Shown: piece after piece, positions 38,461 to 50,088 of the stretch
How positions within the stretch are numbered: position 1 is the stretch's first letter
Layout of the letters: each line of letters opens with the position of its first letter
Origin: Octopus sinensis
Lineage: Eukaryota
NCBI RefSeq assembly: GCF_006345805.1
Contig: NC_043015.1
Coordinates: forward strand, 42,408,001-42,472,000
Length of the DNA stretch: 64,000 nt
Direction of reading: 5' to 3'
Position numbers and translations under genes: made by a program
Notes under the pieces: generated by a model
What the model saw: only the letters and a program-made list of their open reading frames with translations
Told to the model about the DNA's origin: nothing
Database searches by the model: none

Positions 38461-40527
38461 GGGCGGCGAGCTGGCAGAAACGTTAGCACACCGGGCGAGA
38501 TGCTTAGCGGTATTTCGTCTGCCGTTACGTTCTGAGTTCAAATTCCGCTGAGGTCGACTTTGCCTTTCATCCTTTCGGGGTAGATTAAATAAGTACCAGT
38601 TATGCACGGGGGTCGATGTAATCGACTTAATTCCTTTGTCTGTCCTTGTTTGTCCCTTCTTTGTTTAGCCCCTTGTGGGTAGTAAAGAAATAGGTATTTC
38701 GTCTGCCGTTACGTTCTGAGTTCAAATTCGCTGAGGTCGACTGTGCCTTCATCCTTTCGGGGTCGATTAAATAAGTACCAGTTATGCACGGGGGTCGATG
38801 TAATCGACTTAATTCTTTTGTCTGTCCTTGTTTGTCCCTTCTTTGTTTAGCCCCTTGTGGGTAGTAAAGAAATAGGTATTTCGTCTGCCGTTACGTTCGA
38901 GTTCAAATTCTGCTGAGGTCGACTTTGCCTTTCATCCTTTTAGGGTCGATTAATTAAGTACCAGTTATGCACGGGGGCTCGATGTAATCGACTTAATTCC
39001 TTGTCTGTCCTTGTTTGTCCCCTCTATGTTTAGCCCCTTGTGGGTAGTAAAGAAATAGGTATTTCGTCTGCCGTTACGTTCTGAGTTCAAATTCTGCTGA
39101 GGTCGACTTTGCCTTTCATCCTTTCAGGGTCGATTAATTAAGTACCAGTTATGCACGGGGGCTCGATGTAATCGACTTAATTCCTTTGTCTGTCCTTGTT
39201 TGTCCCTTCTTTGTTTAGCCCCTGTGGGTAGTAAAGAAATAGGTATTTCGTCTGCCGTTACGTTCTGAGTTCAAATTCTGCTGAGGTCGACTTTGCCTTT
39301 CATCCTTTCAGGGTCGATTAATTAAGTACCAGTTATGCACGGGGGCTCGATGTAATCGACTTAATTCCTTTGTCTGTCCTTGTTTGTCCCCTCTATGTTT
39401 AGCCCCTTGTGGGTAGTAAAGAAATAGGTATTTCGTCTGCCGTTACGTTCTGAGTTCAAATTCCGCTGAGGTCGACTTTGCCTTTCATCCTTTCGGGGTA
39501 GATTAAATAAGTACCAGTTATGCACGGGGGTCGATGTAATCGACTTAATTCCTTTGTCTGTCCTTGTTTGTCCCCTCTATGTTTAGCCCCTTGTGGGTAG
39601 TAAAGAAATAGGTATTTCGTCTGCCGTTACGTTCTGAGTTCAAATTCCGCTGAGGTCGACTTTGCCTTTCATCCTTTCGCGGTCGATTAAATAAGTACCA
39701 GTTATGCACGGGGGTCGATGTAATCGACTTAATTCCTTTGTCTGTCCTTGTTTGTCCCCTCTATGTTTAGCCCCTTGTGGGTAGTAAAGAAATAGGTATT
39801 TCGTCTGCCGTTACGTTCTGAGTTCAAATTCTGCCGAGGTCAACTTTGCCTTTCATCCTTTCGGGGTCGATTAAATAAGTACCAGTTATGCACGGGGGTC
39901 GATGTAATCGACTTAATTCCTTTGTCTGTCCTTGTTTGTCCCTTCTTTGTTTAGCCCCTTGTGGGTAGTAAAGAAATAGGTATTTCGTCTGCCGTTACGT
40001 TCTGAGTTCAAATTCTGCTGAGGTCGACTTTGCCTTTCATCCTTTCGGGGTCGATTAATTAAGTACCAGTTATGCACGGGGGCTCGATGTAATCGACTTA
40101 ATTCCTTGTCTGTCCTTGTTTGTCCCCTCTATGTTTAGCCCCTTGTGGGTAGTAAAGAAATAGGTATTTCGTCTGCCGTTACGTTCTGAGTTCAAATTCT
40201 GCTGAGGTCGACTTTGCCTTTCATCCTTTCAGGGTCGATTAATTAAGTACCAGTTATGCACGGGGGCTCGATGTAATCGACTTAATTCCTTTGTCTGTCC
40301 TTGTTTGTCCCTTCTTTGTTTAGCCCCTTGTGGGTAGTAAAGAAATAGGTATTTCGTCTGCCGTTACGTTCTGAGTTCAAATTCTGCTGAGGTCGACTTT
40401 GCCTTTCATCCTTTCGCGGTCGATTAAATAAGTACCAGTTATGCAAGGGGGTTGATGTAATCGACTTAATCCCTTTGTCTGACCTTGTTTGTCCCCTCTG
40501 TGTTTAACCTCTTGTCGGCAATAAAGA
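38461..40527 (+). repeat. Family A SINE head plus 11 tandem body units of about 184 bp
   Basis: ggcggcgagctggcag head once, then 10 aaagaaatag|gtatttcgtc junctions. Confidence 0.95.
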
Positions 40528-40850
40528 ACAAAAAAAAAAAAAGAAGCTTCTTACCACCCAACCTCTTTTTTGGCTTCTTACCACCCAACCACACCTGCAC
40601 CTATACATATTTTTTTCTTTTATTCTTTTACTTGTTTCAGTCATTTGACTGCAGCCATGCTGGAGCACCGCCTTACACACACACACACAATTTTTTTTTC
40701 TGTAAAGCTGGGAGTTTGTCTTGCAACTTGAGTTTCATGGCGCTGCAATCTTCAAGCAAAAATTCATATAACGGCATTTATGTGCTTAATCATAAAAAAG
40801 ACTAATAAGTCTTGAAGGAGATTTGATTTTTAAAACTGTAATCTACTTAC

Positions 40851-40992
40851 CAGGCCTTGATATTTGAATGAATCATACACACTCCTTAGCAATAACCAAA
40901 ATGGCCACAGATATTCAAATCGAAATTCCAACATGAAGTCAGCCATTACAACTAAAGCCCAAACCATAAAAAACTTCAGGTAAAGGAATGTA
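40851..40992 (-). CDS. MACO1: Macoilin coding exon (probably coding exon 2), 142 nt
   Basis: Minus strand tttcag|T ACA TTC...GGC CTG|gtaagt; encodes TFLYLKFFMVWALVVMADFMLEFRFEYLWPFWLLLRSVYDSFKYQGL, recognisable macoilin/TMEM57 N-terminal membrane region. Confidence 0.97.
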
Positions 40993-41176
40993 CTGAAATA
41001 GAAAAAGGGAAAAAGAAAAAAAATTAATTTTAAAAATATAACAAATAGTGTAAATGACAAATCTAAAAATCTCTCTGATTAAAAGAAAAGAATAAAACAA
41101 TTATACAACACACATAAATACTGATATTTATAAATGAGAGATATCAAAAGATGTGTGTGAGTGTGTGCGTATATAC

Positions 41177-41545
41177 ATCATCATCATCATCATCATCGTT
41201 TAACGTCCGCTTTCCATGCTAGCATGGGTTGGACGGTTCAGCTGGGGTCTGGGAAGCCCGAAGGCTGCACCAGGCCAGTCAGATCTGGCCGTGTTTCTAC
41301 AGCTGGATGCCCTTCCTAACGCCAACCACTCCGTGAGTGTAGTGGGTGTTTTTTATGTGCCACCGACACAGGTGCCAGACGAGGCTGGCGAACGGCCACG
41401 CTCGGATGGTGTTTTTTATGTGCCACCGACACAGGTGCCAGACGAGGCTGGCGAACGGCCACGCTCGGATGGTGTTTTTTATGTGCCACCGACACAGGTG
41501 CCAGACGGGGCTGGCGAACGGCCACGCTCAGATGGTGTTTTTTAT
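41177..41545 (-). mobile_element. Family D copy with 63-bp units x3
   Basis: PPTQVPDEAGERPRSDGVFYV pseudo-repeat in the ORF track. Confidence 0.9.
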
Positions 41546-41597
41546 ATATGTATTTTTTTCCTCCGTCTTCCCTTCTGTGGATCTTTCCTTCTCCTAT

Positions 41598-41632
41598 GTT
41601 TCCGACGAAGAGCTCCGCTCAAAACGTTAAAC
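41598..41632 (+). ncRNA. Degenerate minimal hammerhead
   Basis: GUUU-CCGACGA-A-GAGC-UCC-GCUC-AAAAC-GUU^AAAC; all three stems present, two core substitutions. Confidence 0.45.
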
Positions 41633-41841
41633 CCTCCTTCTTCCCTTCACTCCTGAGCGTCCAATAATAATATATTTGTTCCACGTCCTCGCGTTGTTGT
41701 GTTTTTTGTGTTTTCTTGTTTGGATTAACTACATATATATATATATATAGGGAGAGTTCATGAAAAAACAAAAGACGATGAAGACAGGTGGTGTACAAAA
41801 CAGACAGATGTATTAGTATAACACTCAGGAATAGAAAAAGT

Positions 41842-41877
41842 CTTTTACGTTTCGAGCCTACGCTCTTCTGCAGAAAG
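41842..41877 (-). ncRNA. Degenerate minimal hammerhead
   Basis: CUUU-CUGCAGA-A-GAGC-GUAG-GCUC-GAAAC-GUA^AAAG; one core substitution (CUGAAGA to CUGCAGA). Confidence 0.5.
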
Positions 41878-42064
41878 GGACACAGAAAAAACACGGAGAG
41901 AAAAAAATTGTATGTAGTGGCTAACGATAATTGAAGAAAAGAAGGGCAAAAAAAATGCTTGCTAAAAATCAAAGCAACAGTTTCAAAAAATCACCTATCT
42001 TATGATAAGTATACACACGAGCAATGCAATGAACATTTAAAAAAAATAGGCTAACATCCAGAAT

Positions 42065-43157
42065 GGAAGCGGTATTATTACCGTTATGTGTACAAACAGC
42101 CATGCTACATGGCAGTGAAATATGGGCCGTGACTGCTGAGGACATGTGTAAGCTTGCAAGGAATGAAGCCAGTATGCTCCACTGGATGTGTTCTGTCAGT
42201 GTGCATACTCGACAGAGTGTAAGTGCATTGAGAGAAAAGTTGGACCCAAGAAGCATCAGATGTGGTGTGTAAGAGAGATGACTGCACTGGTATGGTCATG
42301 TGGTGAGAATGGATGAAGATAACTGTGTAACAAAGTGCCACACCCTAGCGGTTGAGGGAACCTGTGGAAGAGGTAGACCTGGGATGAGGAGGTGGTGAAG
42401 TATGACCTTCAAACATAAGGCCTCACCGAGGCAATAACTAGTGACCGAGACCTTTGGAAATATGCTGTGCTTGAGAAGACTCAGCAAGCCAAGTGAGACC
42501 ATAACCCGTGGCCTATGCCAGGGGTGTAACCAGCCCACTTATGTGTACCTTTCTTTCATTGGACACTAAACTATGCTTGTGAAGACCTGTTGAGACAAGT
42601 GGAATCGAAATCAAATTCGATGACAGCACCGCATGACTGGATTCCATGCTAGTGGAGCGCTAAGAGCACCATCCGAGCGTGATCGTTACCAGGGTCGCTG
42701 ACTGGCTCCCATGCCAGTGGCACATAAAAAGCACCATTTGAGCCTGATCATTACCAGCATTGCCTCACTGGCACTTGTGCTGGTGGCACATGAAAAACAG
42801 TATTCGAGCGAAGTCATAGCCAGTGCTGCTGGAGTGACTCCTGTGCAAGTGGCACATAAAAAACACCATTTGAGCGTAGCCGTTGCCAGTACCACCTGAC
42901 TGGCCCTCGTGCCAGTGGGGGGGGGGGAGGCATGTTTTACTGTCTTCTTGGTTTCGTGTAATGGTTGTAAGCAAGTGTCCTTCATTTTCAATATTCCATG
43001 AAAACACCTCTGGTCACGGGGAATACTACTTTACTTGGAAAAAGGCAAATGGTCAGAACAGGAAGGGCATCCGGCGGTAGAAAATTTGCCTCAATAAATT
43101 CTGTATGTCCCATGCAAGCATGGAAAAAATGAAGGTTAAACAATGATGATGATGATA
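42065..43157 (+). mobile_element. 5'-truncated RTE-clade LINE: ORF2 C-terminus plus 3' UTR with (GAT)n tail
   Basis: CVQTAMLHGSEIW...LHWYGHVVRMDED...GTCGRGRP...GLTEAITSDRDLWKYAVLEKT (stops and a frameshift), then ggcacataaaaagcacc modules, ggaagggcatccggc and a gatgatgat tail. Confidence 0.9.
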
Positions 43158-43828
43158 GGGGTGAGTTGAGGATTTAGCTGTTCATTCTAGCAGGCTAGGC
43201 AACCACATAGAAGCTCCTTCAGACAGTATCTTAGTTGCTTTGCTTCGTAGTAAATCTTCTTGAAATGAAGAATACTTTCACTTTCTTTATGGTGCCAGCA
43301 GAAAAGCATGCAATAAATATTTCTTGCACACAAGCATGAAGAAACATCACAATGATAATGGAAACGCCATGAACAGTACATTAGCAGTTATGGAAGCAAA
43401 GGTTATTATGCCAAGAATCTCCAACCGGGAATTAAAGGAGGATTATACGGTCACTTCATAAAGAACTTAGTGTCACAGAACGGCGAGAAAGCTTTTGACA
43501 GAAGTACATTACTTCATAATAAGATGCAGGAAAAATCAATTGTCAAAGACATAAATTCAAAAAGTTGGGAACATGAAATAATAACCACTGTGGCTTTCAG
43601 CATTTCTTAAAACGAGAGAGAAACAGAAAAAAAAAAAAAAAAAAAAAAAATGAAAAGGCGCAGGAGTGACTGTGTGGTAAGTAGCTTGTTTACCAACCAC
43701 ATGGTTCCGGGTTCAGTCCCACTGCGTGGCATCTTGGGCAAGTGTCTTCTACTATTGCCTCGGGCCGACCAAAGCCTTGTGAGTGGATTTGGTAGACGGA
43801 AACTGAAAGAAGCCCGTCGTATATATGT

Positions 43829-44330
43829 TAGCACGCTGGGCGAAATGCTTAGCGCTATTTCGTCTGTCTTTACGTTCTAAGTTCAAACTTCGACGAGGTC
43901 GACTTTGCCTTTCATCCTTTCAGGGTTGATTAAAAAAATAACTGTTACACACTGGGGTTGATATAATCGACTTAATCCGTTTGTCTGTCCTTGTTTGTCC
44001 TCTCTGTGTTTAGCTCCTTGTGGGTAGTAAAGAAATAGGTATTTCGTCTGACATTACATTCTGAGTTCAAATTCCGCAGAGGTTGACTTTGCCTTTCATC
44101 CTTTTGGGGTCGATAAATTAAGTACCAGTTATGCAGTGTGTCAATGTAATCCACTTAATCCCTTTGTCTGTCCTTGTTTGTCCCATCTATGTTTAGCCCC
44201 TTGTGGGCAATAAGGAAATAAGAATTGTTAGCACGCTGGGCAAAATGTTTCATGTCATTTCATCTGTTTTTTACATTCTGAGTTCAAATTCTGCTGGGGT
44301 CAACACAGCCTTTTATCCTTTCAGGGGACT
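43829..44330 (+). mobile_element. Family A SINE multimer
   Basis: Two full bodies plus a third partial head; junction at about 44033. Confidence 0.85.
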
Positions 44331-45086
44331 GAACCCTGAACCATGTGGTCGGGAAGCAAGCTTCTTACCACACAGCCAACTTCTCTACCTACACACATCT
44401 ATATTTATACACACACACAGTTTTCTTTAAAACAAGAAATGAAATCCCCACCCCATTAATAATGGAAGATGATGTCGGAGGAGGAAATGCAAGCAGATCC
44501 AGCATTCGACGATCTTCGAGATAAAAAAAAAAAACAGAAAAAAAATAAGGCTTTTGTTTGCTAGGTTTGTTCTAAACATGTCATGAACTCCCCATCCACC
44601 CCACCCCATCCGAACACCACCACTCCCCCCTGCCACCGCCATCACCTATTGCATCGGAGAAACACTTGTAAACTTGTAATGAATATTAAGGCTTTTGTGT
44701 TTGACAAGATGAAATTTGAGTTAATCTATCGGTGGGGCTTCTTCCTCGAATATCATATCATCCCAGACATATTAAAAAACAGAAGGGGATGAGCAGATGA
44801 AGATAGTAGTGGTAGCGGCAGCGATGGCGGTGGTGGTGGAGAACAGTTTCCCTTGAAAATGATTGTTTAGACAATTTACTTTTGACATCTGTTGAAGGAA
44901 AGAAAGCTTTTGTTTATACTAGTGCTTGACACTATCTCTGCCGTTATTCCCTTAGGAAAACTTAGCATTGCATCATAGAATTCATTTTCAAGAAATATTA
45001 ACATCAACAATCTTTCAAATCCCCACAAATTCTTCGTGCTTTACAAAATTTAAGAAATGAGTAATCAAGAAATATTTTCTTAACAA

Positions 45087-45117
<31 letters not shown>

Positions 45118-45254
45118 TATGTGTGTGTATATATATATATATATACACACACATATATATAAATATATATATATATATACATACATACATACACACATAT
45201 ATATATAAATATATATATACATACACACACACATATATATATATAAATATATAT

Positions 45255-45301
<47 letters not shown>

Positions 45302-46790
45302 CATACATACACACACACATATATATACATACATACACACACACATATATATATATACATATATATATATATACATACACACATACATACATACAAACAC
45401 ACATATATATATATATATAAATATATATAAATGTATATGTAAATAAAATTTTTTTAAATCCTATTAATTTTGAAGCGAAAGGCATTTTTAAATGTTTTGC
45501 AAAAATAATTCTTTGCATTGGCTTAGAATAAGAATGGTAATAATTGATGTAAAATAATTACTTTAAAAAAGCAGCAAGCAGATATGAAATGCTTAAAGAG
45601 GGCAGATACAATAAAACAGTAATTTATAAAACGCATCCATAACACTGCTTGTTTCGCAATAATATCTAATGGGAAAAAATGAATTTTTAATTAATCTTAA
45701 TGATTTTTAATACACGTGATTATCATCATCAGCATTTGCAGAATTTACATTTATTTTCCTATCAAAAAGCATGTGCTAGCTCTTCTACTCGTTTCAGTCA
45801 TTTGACTGTGGCCATGCTGGAGCACTGCCTTTTAGTCGAGCAAATCGACCCCAGGACTTATTCTTTGTAATCCTAGTACTTATTCAATCGGTCTCTTTTG
45901 CCGAACCGCTGAGTTACGGGAAACGTAAACACACCAGCATCGGTTACCAAATGATGTTGGGGGGGACAAACACAGACACACATATGTATATACATATATA
46001 TTTCTTTACTACCCACAAGGGGCTAAACATAGAGGGGACAAACAAGGATAGACAAAAGGATTAAGTCGATTACATCGACTCCAGTGCGAAACTGGTACTT
46101 AATTTATCGACCCTGAAAGGATGAAAGGCAAAGTCGACCTCGGCGGAATTTGAACTCAGAATGTAATGGCAGACGAAATACGTTTCTGCCAGTCGACACC
46201 CTAATATACATACATATATACGAAGGGCTTCTTTCAGTTTCCGTCAACCAAATTCACTCACAAGGCTTTGGTCGGCCAGAGCTAGAGTAGAAGACACTTG
46301 CCCAAGGAACCATATGGTTCATAAGCAAGCTACTTACCACACAGCCACTCTTACACCTAAGTATGTTTAATATTTTGCCTTCTGTTTCAACCTGGCTACT
46401 CTTATTTGTAGACCCCAAAATCCTCACTTCAGTTTAGTTGACCCCTCTTTGGGCTATTCTCTACCTCATAACACTATCTCATCCAAGAAAAGAGCCCTTA
46501 ACACAAGTGATTTTCAACATGGGTCCATGTAACTCCTAGTGGGGTGGGCACAAGATTTTTAGGGGTTCACACAAGCAAAATAGTAAATAGGGAATCCACA
46601 GTAGTATTTTAAGGGTTCATGAAGAAATTTTGCTTCTTTGTATTTATTGCAAAGAAACAACTCAGTTTCTTTCCCTAATGTTTTATACAGGCGCAGGAGT
46701 GGCTGTGTGGTAAGTAGCTTGCTTACCAACCACATGGTTCCGGGTTCAGTCCCACTGCGTGGCACCTTGGGTAAGTGTTTTCTACTACAG

Positions 46791-47142
46791 CACAAACCTC
46801 TGCCAAGGTAACACCAATGTCCTCTCAACGATTAGCTGGAGATGATTTTTAAAATGAGAATATCTGAAATAATTTCAACTGCCCTCACAAATGAGAATGC
46901 TAAAAATGAACCTGACCGCTATCAAAAATTAAGTAAAAAAAAAAAACAGGAAAAATAATCCAGAATCCTTGATTAGTACCAGATTGATCCCCAAATCGAA
47001 TCAGTTTGTGCCGGTCATGAGGCCAAACAACCCTGAAAGTTTCATCTGAATCCATCCAGCGGATCTTGAGATATCCTGTTCGTGGACAAACAAACAAACA
47101 CAACTGAAAACAATACCTCCACCTTCACCAATGCGAAGATAA
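46791..47142 (+). mobile_element. HINE-like element truncating a B head
   Basis: acctctgccaaggtaa start; acaaacaaacaaac...gaaaacaatacctcc...gaagataat end. Confidence 0.45.
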
Positions 47143-47154
47143 TAATAATTTTTA

Positions 47155-47392
47155 ACATCATGCCGGTGGCACGTAAAAAGCACCATCCGACCGTGGCCGT
47201 TTCCCAGCCCCGTCTGGCACGTAAAAAGCACCCACTACACTCACGGAGTGGTTGGCATTAGGAAGAGCATCCAGCCATAGAAACATTGCCAGATCAGACT
47301 GGGCTTGGCGCAGCCTTCTGGCTTCCCAGACCCCAGTTGAACCGTCCAACCCATGCCAGCATGGAAAGCGGACGCTAAATGATGATGATGAT
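47155..47392 (+). mobile_element. Family D copy
   Basis: gtggcacgtaaaaagcacc x2...gatgatgatgat. Confidence 0.85.
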
Positions 47393-49859
47393 AGGTGGCA
47401 CTATGTCACAAATTATGAGAGGAGTTGGTGTAAACCAATCCCAAAACTTGACAGATACTTATTTTATTGACTCCCTGGAAGATTAAAGACAAAGTTGGCT
47501 CTGGCATGATTTGAAATTCAGAATGCCAAGAAAACATAACTGAATGCAACAAAGTATTCTGTCCAGTGCTCCGCTCATTCTGTTGTGCACCGCAATAAAA
47601 AATTTTCTTAAGTGGAATAAAGACGGTTTGGAAAGGCACTTAATTGAACTTCAAAAGGCTTTGTGGGAATGGAACACTAATTGATTAGTATCACAAAACT
47701 ATATTAAACAGGCAAGGTTGAATACGCTCAACTGGGAAAACTATAATGGACTGACTCTAATTGGCTACAATAGGAAAATAGTCAATTAATGGCGAAATCA
47801 TGCAAAGACAATAATAGAGTTTACAATTAAGCTGCGTAAGAGACAAATCTAAACATGACATTTGATAATAACAGTAACAACAATAATGATAATTCTAATT
47901 CTGGCACGAAACCAGCAATTTTTGAGGGGAAGGCTAAGTCAATTATATATTGACCCCCAGTGCATGACTGGTACTTATTTTGCTCAACCTTGGAAAGAAC
48001 AAAAGGCAAAAAAGAAAAAAATAATAATAATCTAGGTGGGATTTGAAATCAGAACATAAACAGCTGAAAGAAATTCCATGAAGCATTTTTTTTGACACTC
48101 TACTGATTCTGCCAGTTTACCACGTTTATAATAATAATAATGATGATGATGATGATGATGATGGTATGATGATGATGGTGGTGGTGATGATGGTGGTGGT
48201 GGTGATGATAGAGGTGATGATGATGGTGATGATAATCTTTTGTACTAAAGGCACAAGGCCTGAACTTTTGGGGGAGGGAACTAGTCGATTACTTTGACCC
48301 CAGTGTTTCACTGGTACTTAGTTTATTGACCCCCAAAAGGATGAAAGGCAAAGTTGACCTTGGTAGAATTTGAACTCAGAATATAAAGACAGACGAAATG
48401 CCTCTAAGCATTTTGCCCAGGACAGTAACAATTCTGCCAGTACACTGTCATAATAATAATAATAATAATAATAATGATGATGATGAGTTCAAATTTTGGC
48501 ACAAGGCTAACAAGTTCAGGGGAATTTGTTAGGCTTGAGTGTTGAATTGAAAGTCAATTTGGAAACTTAAAATAATTATGCATTGACTTGCATGAACAGA
48601 TATGTTCTTGTTGTTTACTGCTCACTGAATTAAAACGAGGCAGATTTTTTTATGGCTGGGTGTCCTCCTCCTTGTCACCAACCCTCAACTGTTTCCAAGT
48701 AAGGTAATATTTTTCTGTGGCCAGACATGTTTTCATGGAAGACTGAAGATGAAAGCCACTGATTGTATGATGGTGACAAAGTTGGCCCAGAGCTATGGTA
48801 GAAGACACTTGCCCAAGGTGCCATGCAAAACCATACAGTTGGGAAGCAAACTTCTAAATCATAGCCACACACAAAATTATTTTCATAAATTCTTTCATTT
48901 TCAGAATTAATTAAAAGAAAAGCAATATATTTCAATGGAAATATGACAATGGAAACGTTAATAATAACAAAGTTATTTTACAAAATTCTTCAGTGTTTTC
49001 AAAATTAATTGAAACAAATGCAATCTATTCCAAGAGAAATATGGTAAGAAAAGGGGTTAAGTAGTTCGCTTGGAGCAAGGATGTGGATCAAACATGCAAT
49101 TAGTGCATTCCAATCAAATCAATCAATATTTATCTCATACAAGTGAAATAAATATTGACCTGATTTGATAAACAAGGGTCATGTAAATCATCTTTAAAGA
49201 AAAACAGAGTGTCTTTTCAAAGATGTTTTCTTCTGCCTGCTCTATTCATTTAAACTCATTCTTAAATTTCAAATCCATCCAGTCATATATATTTATAAGT
49301 AATTGTGTAAGTACCTCCAACTAATAGCATGTCATCGTTAAATATAATTACTTTCTTTAGCCGGCTGGCTTTTGAGCATTCGTTTCACTTCAACAAATAG
49401 TGCAATGCTTTTCTTCAACATTTTTAACGATTTTATTTCTTTCTTTTACAAAAACTAATTGTGTCCACGGTAAAATTACTTGGTCTTATAAGAAGCTTCT
49501 ATAAATTTTTCAATTCCATTACCTCATTAGTTAGAAATAATTACACCCAACTAAAATAACAAGAGGACAGTGGAATTGGCACAACCTAGGTACTTTTGGT
49601 GACCCACCGTTCTCAATTTCAATGGCACCATGACCAGCTTAGCATTGGTAACTAGGCACCGGTATTACACTGGAGTAAATTAAATTGGTTACACAATTTT
49701 CACCCCAAACTTAGACTAAAAGGATAATTAAAAATATTTTAAATATGTATTGTAATCTTTCTTGCATCCAAATGAAAACAAAGAAAAAAAATCAAATAAT
49801 AAAGTAGCCTTTGACCTTTTAAGATGGTGCCCAAATTATTAGCATGTTGGACAAACTGC

Positions 49860-50088
49860 TTTGCAGCATTTCTCCTAGCTTAGGGGCTTTCTCCGTCCGG
49901 GTTGCAGATCCATGGAATAAGCTGCCGGACGAGATAGTGAAGATGCCGACGACCGCCTGGTTCAAAGTCTCTCTTGACCAGAAATGGCCTGAACTCTTTG
50001 CATGAACACCCTCCCTGTACATAAGTCCCTGTCCCCCTACATGGCCCTGCTTTTTGCTTTTTGAGCCAAAAATTTTAACTCAACTTAA
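49860..50088 (+). mobile_element. CR1/L2-clade LINE 3' end
   Basis: GAFSVRVADPWNKLPDEIVKMPTTAWFKVSLDQKWPELFA* (49883-50005), typical CR1-group ORF2 C-terminus; taact-type tail. Confidence 0.8.

Larger units (their letters stand above)
41550..41930. mobile_element. Two Penelope-terminus-like arms facing each other across a (TA)n
   Basis: Each arm has a minimal hammerhead followed by cctgag(c/t)g and an AT-rich tail; (TA)n at about 41732-41749. Confidence 0.5.

Noticed and set aside
38461-40527. Possible CRISPR or rDNA-type array
   Set aside because: Units are SINE bodies with no unique spacers and no rRNA similarity
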